From positions 128,001-192,000 of the forward strand of contig BTVJ01000001.1 in NCBI GenBank assembly GCA_045863395.1: a stretch of 64,000 bases of DNA, written 5' to 3'. The translations under genes were made by a program, and so were the position numbers. This DNA comes from Myxococcales bacterium (lineage in GTDB: Bacteria; Myxococcota_A; UBA9042; JABWCM01; BTVJ01). Position 1 is the stretch's first letter, and each line of letters begins with the position of its first letter. The notes beneath the pieces were generated by a model. The model made no database searches. It had not been told where the DNA came from and worked only from the letters and a program-made list of their open reading frames with translations. This document shows, piece after piece, positions 11,493 through 21,085 of the stretch.

Positions 11493-12158
11493 ATGATCAA
11501 GATCAACCTGCTCGCGGCGAAGACGCGGAAGCCGGTGACGGGCGGCCGCAGCGTCCTCGCGCTGTTCCTCCTGCTGCTGCTGGCGGAGGGCGCCGGGCTC
11601 TATGTCTGGTACGACGCGGTCGACGAGCGCGTCAAGGCGGAGAACGCCAAGATCAAGGACCTGGAGGAGAAGGTCGCCGAGCTCAACAAGGTCAAGGCGA
11701 AGATGGAGGAGCGCGAGCAGAACAAGGCCACGCTCGCGAAGCAGAACATCGTCTTCGAGGAGCTCAAGTACGACAAGGCGGGCCCCGCCAACATGCTCCT
11801 GTTCCTGACCTACGTGGTCACGAAGAAGGAGGACAACGTCTACAACCAGGAAGAGATCAAGGCCCAGGAGGACGCCGGCTGGGACATGTCCTGGGACCCG
11901 GACCGGCTCTGGATCACCTCCTTCGACGAGAAGGACAAGGAGGTGAGCATCAAGGGCCGCGCGATCTCCCACGAGGACGTCGCCCAGTTCTACTCACGCC
12001 TGTCGTCGTCGGTCTACTTCTACGACGTGCAGCCACAGGTCCAGGAGCGAAAGTTCAACACCGATCTGGACGTGAAGTTCGTCGAGTTCGCTGTGGACGC
12101 GAAGGCCAACTATGACACCGAGGGCGTCCCGCAGGTGGCGGCGGCTGCGCCGAAATAG
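11493..12158 (+). CDS. pilN: Type IV pilus assembly protein PilN (alternative start at 11466)
   Basis: N-terminal MIKINLL PilM-binding motif, one TM helix, coiled coil, P..LWITSF core; follows pilM. Confidence 0.88.
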   Translation: MIKINLLAAKTRKPVTGGRSVLALFLLLLLAEGAGLYVWYDAVDERVKAENAKIKDLEEKVAELNKVKAKMEEREQNKATLAKQNIVFEELKYDKAGPANMLLFLTYVVTKKEDNVYNQEEIKAQEDAGWDMSWDPDRLWITSFDEKDKEVSIKGRAISHEDVAQFYSRLSSSVYFYDVQPQVQERKFNTDLDVKFVEFAVDAKANYDTEGVPQVAAAAPK

Positions 12159-12215
12159 CGGCCCGGTCAGCGGACCCGCGCCACCGAGACGCGCAAGGGG
12201 CCGCCAGGAGAGAGC

Positions 12216-12956
12216 ATGGATCGGTTTGACGCACTGCCGCTGCAACAGAAGCTGCTCCTGCTGACGGGGATCCTCCTCATGGTCGCGGGCGCCGCCTGGT
12301 TCTTTGGCATCTCCCCTCTCGAGGCGAAGGTCGGCGGTGCGAAGGGCAAGCAGAAGAAGCTCTCGCAGGACCACCAGGCGCTCGCGCAGTACCGCCAGAA
12401 GGAGAAGCTGGCAAAGCTGGACGAGGAGGAGCAGAACGAGATCGCGAAGATCGAGGAGAACAAGAAGCAGCTCCCCACCGAGGACCAGCTCCCCGAGTTC
12501 ATCCAGTCCATCAAGTCCGACGCAGACGTGGCGGGTCTCGAGATCATGAAGTTCGATGTCGGCAATCGGGAGCTGGAGGACTACTACGCGAGGGTCCCCG
12601 TCAGCATCCGTGTCATCGGGACGTCGCAGCAGCTCATCACCTTCCTCAAGACCCTGGCCGAGCCGAACCGGCGCATCGTCAATGTGGCGAACCTGCGCAT
12701 CAGCCGCATCTCGTCGAACAACACCAAGCTCCAGACCCTCATCGGCGAGACCGACGAGATGCGGGCGCTGCGAAACCTGGCAAAGACCCGGGCGCTGACG
12801 CCCCAGGAGTCGCGGGCGCTGAAGATCGTCGAATACGAGGCCAACAGCAAGCTGGCGCTCATCCAGGCGGATTTCACGGCGTACGCGTTCAGCTACACGG
12901 GCGAGCCCGCGCCCGCCGACTCCAAGAAAAAGAAGAAGGCGAGGAAGGCAAAGTGA
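12216..12956 (+). CDS. pilO: Type IV pilus assembly protein PilO
   Basis: TM helix, coiled coil, QLP...QLPEF, GLEI.KF, YYARVPVSI, RRIVNV.NL.I; GGAG RBS. Confidence 0.88.
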   Translation: MDRFDALPLQQKLLLLTGILLMVAGAAWFFGISPLEAKVGGAKGKQKKLSQDHQALAQYRQKEKLAKLDEEEQNEIAKIEENKKQLPTEDQLPEFIQSIKSDADVAGLEIMKFDVGNRELEDYYARVPVSIRVIGTSQQLITFLKTLAEPNRRIVNVANLRISRISSNNTKLQTLIGETDEMRALRNLAKTRALTPQESRALKIVEYEANSKLALIQADFTAYAFSYTGEPAPADSKKKKKARKAK

Positions 12957-13660
12957 GGCTGCCACTGATTGTGCGCTCCATGCGCCAGGTGATGGTGATC
13001 GCCCCGCTCGCCCTGGGGATCACCGTGGTGCTCGCCGGGTGTGGCGACGACTCCGGCCCCAAGATGACCGGATCCGGTCCCCCGCAGCGGCCTGGTGGCC
13101 CTCCCAAGCGGGACGCCGGCGCCGGAGCGGCGCCCGCGGCGACGGCCGTGGTGAAGGTCCCGAACCCTCGGTGGGAGACGCTCAAGCCCTACTTCGACAA
13201 GTTCATCAACCAGCCGCTCCAGACCCACAAGGACACGTTCCGAGACAACCTGGTCAAGCACGTCCCCAAGGTGGACCTCCCGGCCCTGCAGGCGCCTCCC
13301 GAGGAGCTCCCCGCCGTCGAGGAGGTCGCGCCGGCGGTGGACGAGGTCACGGCGGGACCCCTGGAGCGGTACGGCACCACCGAGTACCAGCTCGTCATGA
13401 TCCTGAGCGGCACGGTGGTGCCCAAGGCCGTGGTCATCGACCCCATCGGGAACGCGTGGGTGGTGAACAAGGACAATCGGTTCGGCAACAAGAACGGCAT
13501 CGTCCAGAACATCACGCAGTACGCCATGATCATCCAGGAACCGGAGCGGGACGCGCCCATCGAGAAGACCATCAAGCCCGCCATCTTCGACGTGGCCGTC
13601 GACATCATGACCAGCGGCGACGGGGACCAGCGGCTCACGGCGGCCCCCATCGTCCGCTGA
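12953..13660 (+). CDS. pilP: Type IV pilus assembly lipoprotein PilP
   Basis: Lipobox LAGC; PLERY..TEYQLV.I.SG...PKAVV.DP.G...G...G.V..I; GTGA overlap with pilO. Confidence 0.88.
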   Translation: MRLPLIVRSMRQVMVIAPLALGITVVLAGCGDDSGPKMTGSGPPQRPGGPPKRDAGAGAAPAATAVVKVPNPRWETLKPYFDKFINQPLQTHKDTFRDNLVKHVPKVDLPALQAPPEELPAVEEVAPAVDEVTAGPLERYGTTEYQLVMILSGTVVPKAVVIDPIGNAWVVNKDNRFGNKNGIVQNITQYAMIIQEPERDAPIEKTIKPAIFDVAVDIMTSGDGDQRLTAAPIVR

Positions 13661-13666
13661 CGCCGC

Positions 13667-14455
13667 CTACGGCGCCTGCGCGGGCTGGAGCTCCTGCTTG
13701 CGCAGCTCCTGCTGGCGGGGCTGCACGGCCGCCCACTTCCACCCAGACGGGGGCTCCGTCTCGTAGCCGCGGGGGCAGGCGTCGAAGCCCGGGTCGTCCG
13801 CCATCAGCACCACGTCGCCGCCGTCACCCTCGCGCCAGCACAGGCGGGACGTGCGGTACGCGAACACCGCGGCAGGGCTGACGGTGAAGCTGTTGGTCTC
13901 GCCGAGCCGCGTGGTCAGCGTGATGTTGCCCGACTCGGAGAGCAGGCCCGTGACGTCCAGGTTCGCCGTCGTGTTGCGGAGCACCTCGTAGTCGACCACC
14001 ACGGCCGCCCCCGTGACGAGGCGGGTCAGGCCGCGGTTCTTCTCGATGTACTTCTGACACTTGGGGGACATTCCCTGGCGGAGCCGCTCCGTGAGCTCCA
14101 CGGGGTTCACGGAGAAGATCAGGAGGGACATCTTCTCCAGCTCCTCCCGGGTGTAGCCGAGCGCGGCGCCGATGCTCGACAGGGTCGCCTTGTCGCCGAA
14201 GGCCGTCAGGACCGCCTTGATCTGTGGCATCCGGGCGTCGACGCTCGCGTCCACCTCTCGGACACCGCACTCCGACAGGAAGGCCCCCCGCTGGAACGCG
14301 TAGTCTGAGGTGTCGCCCTTGATGCCCACGTTGCCGAGCTGCGCCTGCATGGCAGCGTTCTTGCGGAAGGGCACGTTCTGATAGGCGAACCACGGGCCGC
14401 CGCAGCCGGCCGTCGCTGCGATCAGGGCCGCCAGGATGGCGATTCGTCCGCTCAC
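13667..14455 (-). CDS. Hypothetical lipoprotein with possible gasdermin-like beta-rich fold
   Basis: GGAG RBS and GTG start, lipobox TAGC, strong GC3 coding bias. The fold call is inference (see findings). Confidence 0.7.
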   Translation of the reverse strand: MSGRIAILAALIAATAGCGGPWFAYQNVPFRKNAAMQAQLGNVGIKGDTSDYAFQRGAFLSECGVREVDASVDARMPQIKAVLTAFGDKATLSSIGAALGYTREELEKMSLLIFSVNPVELTERLRQGMSPKCQKYIEKNRGLTRLVTGAAVVVDYEVLRNTTANLDVTGLLSESGNITLTTRLGETNSFTVSPAAVFAYRTSRLCWREGDGGDVVLMADDPGFDACPRGYETEPPSGWKWAAVQPRQQELRKQELQPAQAP

Positions 14456-14527
14456 GTGTCACTCCGGCGCGTTGTGGGTCGCGGCGTGTCGACGCCTTCG
14501 ACCGGGAGGCCCGCATTGGGGAGCCGC

Positions 14528-14538
14528 TATGCTATAAC
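14528..14538 (+). promoter_or_regulatory. Putative extended -10 element for the OmpA-domain gene
   Basis: TG-c-TATAAC (overlapping TATGCT) about 40 nt upstream of the ATG at 14580, in a GC-rich context. Confidence 0.4.
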
Positions 14539-14579
14539 AAAGCGCCGGCTCCGGAAACCACCGCCAGGAGGCCCCGCTC

Positions 14580-16781
14580 ATGAGCTCCGCGCGCCGCCTG
14601 GCGGTCGCCCTGCTGTCCCTGCTCGTCGCGACGGAGGCATCGGCCGCCTCGCTGGGCACCGTGCTGGACGCCGCGCCCTGGTCCCGGGCGCGCGCCCTGT
14701 CCGTCTCGGTGCTCGTGGAGGGGCGGGAGCCCCACGGAGAAGGAGACGCCGCGCTGGTCGCCCAGGCTCGCGCGGAGCTGCTCACGGCGGCGCGACCGCG
14801 GCGAGTGCGCCTGGATCTCCTTGGACACACCGCTCCCCGGGCCCGCTTCTCCCGACTGCTGGAGCTGAACCTGGTGCCCGTGGGGGGAGGCGCCCGCTTC
14901 GTCGTGGACGCGACGTACTACGACCTGGTACCACGCCCCGAGGGTGGCTACCACGCGACTGGCCGCACCATTCGCCCCGCAGCCGGCGGCGCGATGACGA
15001 CGCGTGTGGAGATGGCCTTGTCGCCACCTCCTCCCTCGGACCGGGCCGCAGCGCTGGCCACGCACGAGCAAGCGCTGCGGGACCGGGCGGCGTCCAGAGC
15101 CCACAGGACGCGGGCCCTCGTCGTCAACGGCGAGTTCTCGGAGGCGCCGGGTGATCGTCGTGGCGTCGCCGGCCTCCCTACCACGCGAGAGAGCCTGGAG
15201 GGCTTGGTTCTACGAGCGTTCGACGACGAACTGGCTCCATTTGCCCTCATCTACGCGGAGAGCGCCTACAACGTCCGAAATCGCTTCGTCGAGACCGTGG
15301 ATCGCATCTCCGAGGCTGCCGATGGTGCCCTGCCCGAGTGGTGGGACGGACGCCCCCCAGAGGGGGTGCGGCGGCTCCGGGCCACCGACGAGACCATCGA
15401 GGAGCGCCCCTGGTACGCGACGGACGGCCCGCGCTGGGCCCCCTACTGGGAGCGCGTCGGGCCCCGCCGGGAGGCGGTGGTCGCCGCCATGGAGGAGTTC
15501 GTCGACGGGGGAGGGCTGCTCGTCATGGAGGACGAGCACTGCGGAGAGGAGCCGCTCGCCGGCATCGTCCCCCTGCGCTGTGTGGAGCAGGAGGAGCCGG
15601 CGCGCATCGATCTCCGCCCCGCTGACGGCAGCGCCCGCCCCGAGCGGGTGAGCGTCCGGTCGGCGCTCTGGAGCCGCATCTCCTCCCAGGAGCCCGACGC
15701 GACGTGCCAGCCGCTGGTCGTGGCCGAGGACCGGCGCCGCTGGCCAGAGCCGCTGGCGGTGCGCTGCGACCGCCCCGAGGGAGGCATCGCCCTGTTCACG
15801 TCCTTCCACGCCGACGATCTGGCGCGGGACGGCGCTCTGGCCCAGGCACTGTATGGGGGCGGCGCGACCCCCTCCGCGCTCGAGGCCGCGCTCATCGACG
15901 CCCCGCTCTCGGGGCCCGCGCTCCAGGCGGTCCGGCCGGACGGCAGCCTCGTGACGCCCGTGGTCGTGGACCGAGCTGCGGTGCGCCTGGGCGAGAACGC
16001 GACGGCGGCCGAAGGCGAGCCCGCGCTGGACCAGCGTGCCTCCCTCGGCATCTACGTGGACGCCGGGGAGCTCGGCTACGCGCAGGTGGGCTTCCGCAAC
16101 GGCCCGCTGCGCGCCGAGCTGCGCGCGCCCAACGGGGCCGTGGTCGCGGCGCGCGAGGCCAGCACGGGGCCCCTGCTGCTGGACCTGCACGGCCGCCCGA
16201 GAGGGCTCTACGAGCTCCGCCTTGCCGGGACGGGCTCCGTCACGGTACAGCACCTGTCGACGGTCCCGCGGCAACGCTGGACGGGCGCCACCGTGGCGGC
16301 GTGGGGCGCGCAGCGAACCGACGCGGTGGTCATCGACGGGTTCGCGCGGGGCGCCGCGGGCCTGCCACCCGGTGCGCTCGGGCGCCTCCCCACCGAGGCG
16401 GCGACCCTGGCGCGCCTTGCCATGCCCACAGAGGGGGCGGTGCTGGTCATCGAGGGGCACACTTCGGAGGACGGGAGCGCCCGCGCCAACGCCAGGCTCT
16501 CCCTCCGCCGTGCTGCGTGGGCCGCCGGGGTGCTGGCGAGCGCGCTGGAGGCGGCGACGGGGACCGCCTGCACCGTAGACGGCCGGACGTGTGCCTCGTG
16601 GGCCAGGAGCCTCACTCGCGAGGACGCGGAGACCGACGCGGTGCTCCGCCTCGGCAACGCCCCACTCCGCGTCTCCCTCCGCCCCCTCGGAGCCGCAGCC
16701 CCCCGGGACGTCTGCGGGCCCCGGGACGAGCCCTGCCTCCAGCGGAGCCGGCGCGTGGTGGTGTGGCTCTCCCGCCAGTGA
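14580..16781 (+). CDS. Secreted multidomain protein with C-terminal OmpA-like domain
   Basis: AGGAGG RBS, signal peptide, central EFVDGGGLLV (GATase-like fold), C-terminal IEGHTSEDG...N.RLSLRRA ... RSRRV. Confidence 0.65.
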   Translation: MSSARRLAVALLSLLVATEASAASLGTVLDAAPWSRARALSVSVLVEGREPHGEGDAALVAQARAELLTAARPRRVRLDLLGHTAPRARFSRLLELNLVPVGGGARFVVDATYYDLVPRPEGGYHATGRTIRPAAGGAMTTRVEMALSPPPPSDRAAALATHEQALRDRAASRAHRTRALVVNGEFSEAPGDRRGVAGLPTTRESLEGLVLRAFDDELAPFALIYAESAYNVRNRFVETVDRISEAADGALPEWWDGRPPEGVRRLRATDETIEERPWYATDGPRWAPYWERVGPRREAVVAAMEEFVDGGGLLVMEDEHCGEEPLAGIVPLRCVEQEEPARIDLRPADGSARPERVSVRSALWSRISSQEPDATCQPLVVAEDRRRWPEPLAVRCDRPEGGIALFTSFHADDLARDGALAQALYGGGATPSALEAALIDAPLSGPALQAVRPDGSLVTPVVVDRAAVRLGENATAAEGEPALDQRASLGIYVDAGELGYAQVGFRNGPLRAELRAPNGAVVAAREASTGPLLLDLHGRPRGLYELRLAGTGSVTVQHLSTVPRQRWTGATVAAWGAQRTDAVVIDGFARGAAGLPPGALGRLPTEAATLARLAMPTEGAVLVIEGHTSEDGSARANARLSLRRAAWAAGVLASALEAATGTACTVDGRTCASWARSLTREDAETDAVLRLGNAPLRVSLRPLGAAAPRDVCGPRDEPCLQRSRRVVVWLSRQ

Positions 16782-16786
16782 ACCGG

Positions 16787-17221
16787 CTACACGTACTTCT
16801 GCATGACGCCGGCGAGAGCGGGCACCGACTCCTCCACCTGCGCCTTGGCGCTCGGGCGGAGCTTCTCGTAGAGCTTCTTTGCGGTGGTGTGCTTCGTGCG
16901 GGAGGCGCGGGCGTCGGTCACCTCGAGGAGGGCCTCGGCGACGGGGCCCCGCTGGCGCGACAGGTGGGCCTCGAACGTGCCAGCCGCCGCCCATGAGGCG
17001 TAGAAGGGCTCGAGCTTGGCGATCCACTCGTCGAGGAGCGCGTCGACCACGCCCGCGATGAAGCCCGGCTTCAGGGCCTTGACCGTCTTGTAGGCGCCCT
17101 TGATGGCGAGGCCGCTCAGGCCGCCCTTCTTCGCCACCTCGGAGTCGATGAGCGCCACGCAGTCGTCAATCACGCGGGCGCGCTCGGGTTGCTTCGTCAC
17201 CTTGTCTGCCAGGGTAGCCAT
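16787..17221 (-). CDS. Conserved hypothetical helical protein (DUF6918-like)
   Basis: DCVALIDSEV..KGGLSGLAIKGAYK.VK..KPG, AEALLEVTDARA, YEKLRPSAK; AAGGAG RBS. Confidence 0.7.
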   Translation of the reverse strand: MATLADKVTKQPERARVIDDCVALIDSEVAKKGGLSGLAIKGAYKTVKALKPGFIAGVVDALLDEWIAKLEPFYASWAAAGTFEAHLSRQRGPVAEALLEVTDARASRTKHTTAKKLYEKLRPSAKAQVEESVPALAGVMQKYV

Positions 17222-17305
17222 GTGTGCGCTCCTTTCCATGTCTCGGTGGCGCGGGAGGGTAGCAGAGGCGGCGCGAGCCCGCCAGGGCGACGGGCCGTCA
17301 CGGTG

Positions 17306-18610
17306 TCAGGGCGTGTGGACCACGTCCACCGCAGCCTCCAGCGCCACACCGCCGGCCGTCAGCGGAGTGGCCCCGCCGACGAGGATGGCCGTGTCCTCGC
17401 TCATTCCGATGCTCCGGTGGCCGAAGCGGGCTGGGAAGAGGGCCACGCCTGCCTGGGCGCTTACCTGTCCGCCCGTCTTGCCGATGACCTCCGTCTTCGA
17501 CACCGCGAGGCCCATGGCGTCGAGGCCGCCGCTGACCAGCACGCGCCCGCCGACGAGCGTCGCTGCCTGGTGGTACGCGCGCGCGCTGTCCAGGCGGAAG
17601 TTGGCCGTCGGCGGGGCGAGCCCGGTGCCCGTCTCGGTGCTGATCACCTCGATGCGCGGCTCCAGGGCCGTCCGGGCCTTGTTGGTGTAGCCCCCGGTCA
17701 CGTACACGACCCGCGTGACGGGATCGTAGGCCAGGGCGTGCCCCACCCGCCCGCCAAGCGCCAGGCTCTGGGGGATCTTGCCGTTGGGGAGGAACGCGCC
17801 CGTCTCCCTGTCGAAGACGTCGATGGCGCCCACGGTGGAGTCCTCGTCTTCGCCTCCCACCAGGAAGGTGTAGTAGCCCTCCACGTTGACGGCCCGGTGG
17901 TTCCAGCGGGGGCCGACGGCGATCGAGCCGACGCGCTTGACCCCCGCAGGGCTCCAGACCTCGTAGCTGACCCGCGCGTCGCCCTCCCCTCCAGCCACCA
18001 GCGCGAAGACTTCGCCCTTGCCATCGGCGTTCCGGTAATCGAGCAGCGACGCGGTGTGACCGACCCGCGGGCGGCTGAGCCCAGGCATGGAGCCCACCGC
18101 CTGGAAGTCGCTCTGGGCGATGCGGAACACCTCCACTGCGCTCGACACGGAGGTGACCCCGGAGACCTGGGTGTAGCCGCCGAACACCGCGATACGGTCC
18201 GCGTCCGGGAACAACAGCGCCTCGTGGCCTGTGCGCGGGTAGTACAGCGTCTGGGGGCTCGCCGGGTCGCTCGCCAGAGCCGTGACCTGGCCCGTCGCGG
18301 GATCGTAGATCTCGACGGTGTCGAGGATGGTCTCCATCGCCTCGGGTCGGCCCTCCGCGACCGCGCGCGCGTCGGCGTCCTTCTTCGGGATGAACCCCCC
18401 GATGATCACGATGCGCCCGTCACCGAGGACCGTCGCCGTCGCCCCCACGCGGCCCTGGGTCATCACCCCCTTGACGGAGGCCGAGCCCGGGCCCACCTCC
18501 ACCCCCGGATCGCCGGGGACCGGCGGCGAGTCCGGCGACACGGCATCCCCCTCACACCCGGCCACCACGAGGGCCAGCCCCAACCAATACAGACATCGCG
18601 CGCTCGGCAT
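17306..18610 (-). CDS. Kelch-repeat beta-propeller lipoprotein
   Basis: Lipobox VAGC; about six repeats of R..H.A..L.DGR.LV.GG...VE.YDP type; GGAGG RBS. Confidence 0.85.
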   Translation of the reverse strand: MPSARCLYWLGLALVVAGCEGDAVSPDSPPVPGDPGVEVGPGSASVKGVMTQGRVGATATVLGDGRIVIIGGFIPKKDADARAVAEGRPEAMETILDTVEIYDPATGQVTALASDPASPQTLYYPRTGHEALLFPDADRIAVFGGYTQVSGVTSVSSAVEVFRIAQSDFQAVGSMPGLSRPRVGHTASLLDYRNADGKGEVFALVAGGEGDARVSYEVWSPAGVKRVGSIAVGPRWNHRAVNVEGYYTFLVGGEDEDSTVGAIDVFDRETGAFLPNGKIPQSLALGGRVGHALAYDPVTRVVYVTGGYTNKARTALEPRIEVISTETGTGLAPPTANFRLDSARAYHQAATLVGGRVLVSGGLDAMGLAVSKTEVIGKTGGQVSAQAGVALFPARFGHRSIGMSEDTAILVGGATPLTAGGVALEAAVDVVHTP

Positions 18611-18722
18611 GCACCGCCTCCGTGACGAACACACTTCTACCAGCACTTCCGGGCGCGGGCCACTCGGCGCATTGATTTTGGGACGCCCTGGGGGTATGAC
18701 CGCGCGACCGGAGGTGCGGATC

Positions 18723-19478
18723 ATGGAGTTGAAGGACAAGGTCGTTCTGATGACCGGGGCGTCCAGCGGCATCGGCCGCGCGGTCGCCGTGCAGTTGGGG
18801 GTGGAGGGCGCCAAGGTCGCCTTGGTGGCCCGCCGCGAGGACCAGCTCGACGAGGTGGCGCGGGCGGTGCGGGCCGCGGGGGGTGAGACGCTGGTGCTCC
18901 CCGCGGACGTGTCGGACCGGGAGGCGGCGGCGCAGGTGGTGGACGCTGCGCAGCGAGAGTGGGGGCACATCGACACGGTGATCGCCAACGCGGGCGTGGG
19001 CGTGACCCGGCCCGCGCACAAGCTGCGCATCGACGACGTGGAGGCCATGATCCGCGTCAACTACCTCGGGGCGGTCTACGTCGTGCTCTCCGCGCTCCCG
19101 CAGATGGTCGAGCGGAAGAGCGGCCACCTGGTCGGGGTGTCCAGCCTCGCGGCCTACCGCGGGCTCCCCGGCTCGGCGGGCTACTCCGCGAGCAAGGCGG
19201 CGCTCAGCGCCTTCTTCGAGAGCCTGCGCGTCGATCTGCGCCCCCACGGCATCCTCGTGACCACGGTCCACCCGGGCTTCGTGCGGACGCCGATGACGGA
19301 CAAGAACAAGTTCCCCATGCCCTTCCTCATGGACGTGGACACCGCCGCGCGGATCATGGTGCAGGGCATCAAGGCCGGACGCAGCGAGGTCAACTTCCCG
19401 TGGCAGCTTGCGGGAATCATGACGGCCGTGCGGCGCTTCCCGAATCTGCTCTTCGACCGTGCCTTTCCGAAGAGTTAG
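18723..19478 (+). CDS. Short-chain dehydrogenase/reductase
   Basis: TGASSGIG, NAG, VSS, YSASK catalytic motif, PGFVRTPMT; GGAGG RBS. Confidence 0.93.
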   Translation: MELKDKVVLMTGASSGIGRAVAVQLGVEGAKVALVARREDQLDEVARAVRAAGGETLVLPADVSDREAAAQVVDAAQREWGHIDTVIANAGVGVTRPAHKLRIDDVEAMIRVNYLGAVYVVLSALPQMVERKSGHLVGVSSLAAYRGLPGSAGYSASKAALSAFFESLRVDLRPHGILVTTVHPGFVRTPMTDKNKFPMPFLMDVDTAARIMVQGIKAGRSEVNFPWQLAGIMTAVRRFPNLLFDRAFPKS

Positions 19479-19502
19479 CCGCTCGATTCGGATCACCGGC
19501 CG

Positions 19503-19531
19503 TTGACCCCCGGCCGGACCCCTGCTACACC
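19503..19531 (+). promoter_or_regulatory. Putative sigma-70 promoter giving a leaderless nfeD transcript
   Basis: TTGACC-17 nt-TACACC with TG extension, 6 nt before the ATG at 19538. Confidence 0.5.
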
Positions 19532-19537
19532 CGAGGC

Positions 19538-21085
19538 ATGAGCCGCAACGCGCGAGTCGTGCTCTTCATCGCCCTCCTGGCCGCAGGGCTGCCCGGCCTG
19601 CTCGCACCCGCGACGGCGGAGCCCGAGGCGCCACTACCACGCCGCGGCCTCGACGACCCGACGAGGGCGGAGGCCGGGCGCCTTCCGCGGAGAGACACTG
19701 CCGCGGACCCGGCGCCAGCGTTCGGCCCCAGCACCCGCGAGATCCCGTTCACGGGTGGCGCGGGCAAGGTCGTGCTCCACATCCGCATCGACGGCACCAT
19801 CGACCTCGGCCTCGCGCCCTTCGTGCAGCGCGTGGTCGAGGCGGCGGGCAAGCGCCCCGAGGTCCTCGCCATCGTGACGGAGATGGACACCCCCGGCGGA
19901 CGCGTGGACGCGGCCGTGCGCATCAAGGACGCGCTGCTCGAGTCCAAGAAGCCGACGGTCGTGTTCATCCACAGCCAGGCGATCAGCGCCGGCGCCCTCA
20001 TCGCCTACGCCCACGACTTCATCGTGGTGTCGCAGGGCGCGACCATGGGCGCGGCGACCCCCATCCAGCTCGGGCAGGGGGGCGAGGCCCAGCCGGTGGG
20101 CGAGAAGGTCGTCTCCTACATGCGCGGGGTCATGCGCTCCACGGCGGAGGCCAAGGGACGCAACGGGGACGTCGCCGAGGCCATGGTGGACGCGACCCTC
20201 GAGGTGCCGGGGGTCAGCGCCAAGGACAAGCTCCTGACCCTCGACCGGACCAAGGCGCTGGCCATCGGCGTGGCCGATCTGCACGCCGAGTCGCTGGAGG
20301 AGGTGCTCTCGGCGATGCGCCTCGACGGCGCGACGGTCGAGGAGCTCACGCCCAACTGGGCGGAGAACGTGGCTCGAGTGCTGACCGACCCCGTGATCTC
20401 CGGCATGCTGATGACCTTCGGCTTCCTGGGGCTGCTCATCGAGCTCTACACCCCGGGCTTCGGCATCGCGGGCATCATCGGGCTCACGGGGCTCGTCCTG
20501 TTCTTCCTCGGGCACTACATCGTGATGCTCGCCGGCCTGGAGGAGCTTCTCCTGCTGTTGGCGGGCCTGATCCTGCTCGCCCTGGAGATGTTCGTCATCC
20601 CGGGCTTCGGCATCGCGGGCATCCTCGGCATCGCCGCCGTCGGTGTCGCGCTCGTGCTCATGCTGACAGGGCTCCCCGTCGAGGTGAGCTGGGAGGCCGG
20701 AATGCTCACGGAGGCCATCGTCACGGTGCTGGTGTCTTTCGTCGCCACCGTGGTGCTGCTCGTGCTGTTCACGCGCTTCTTCCCGCGCACGCGGGCGTCC
20801 AGGCGGCTCGTGCTGGGCACGACCATGGCGCAGTCGGACGGCTACCAGTCCTTCGACGACGCGTCGGCGAGCCGCCTGCTCGGGCAGAGCGGGCTGGCGC
20901 TCACGATCCTGCGCCCGTCTGGTCGCGGGGACTTCGGCGGACAGCAGCTCGACGTGGTCACCCGCGGCGAGTTCGTGAGCCCGGGCACCCCCATCGAGGT
21001 CATCAAGGTCGAGGGCGCCAACGTCATCGTGCGCGCCTGCCAACCCCACAGCGGGGAGCAGCCCCCAAAGGAGACCACCCCATGA
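19538..21085 (+). CDS. nfeD: Long-form NfeD membrane-bound serine protease
   Basis: [14 protein letters not shown] (catalytic Ser), GAATP, GEK, TM bundle with PGFG repeats, C-terminal OB fold LRPSG...DV.T.GEF. Confidence 0.92.
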   Translation: MSRNARVVLFIALLAAGLPGLLAPATAEPEAPLPRRGLDDPTRAEAGRLPRRDTAADPAPAFGPSTREIPFTGGAGKVVLHIRIDGTIDLGLAPFVQRVVEAAGKRPEVLAIVTEMDTPGGRVDAAVRIKDALLESKKPTVVFIHSQAISAGALIAYAHDFIVVSQGATMGAATPIQLGQGGEAQPVGEKVVSYMRGVMRSTAEAKGRNGDVAEAMVDATLEVPGVSAKDKLLTLDRTKALAIGVADLHAESLEEVLSAMRLDGATVEELTPNWAENVARVLTDPVISGMLMTFGFLGLLIELYTPGFGIAGIIGLTGLVLFFLGHYIVMLAGLEELLLLLAGLILLALEMFVIPGFGIAGILGIAAVGVALVLMLTGLPVEVSWEAGMLTEAIVTVLVSFVATVVLLVLFTRFFPRTRASRRLVLGTTMAQSDGYQSFDDASASRLLGQSGLALTILRPSGRGDFGGQQLDVVTRGEFVSPGTPIEVIKVEGANVIVRACQPHSGEQPPKETTP

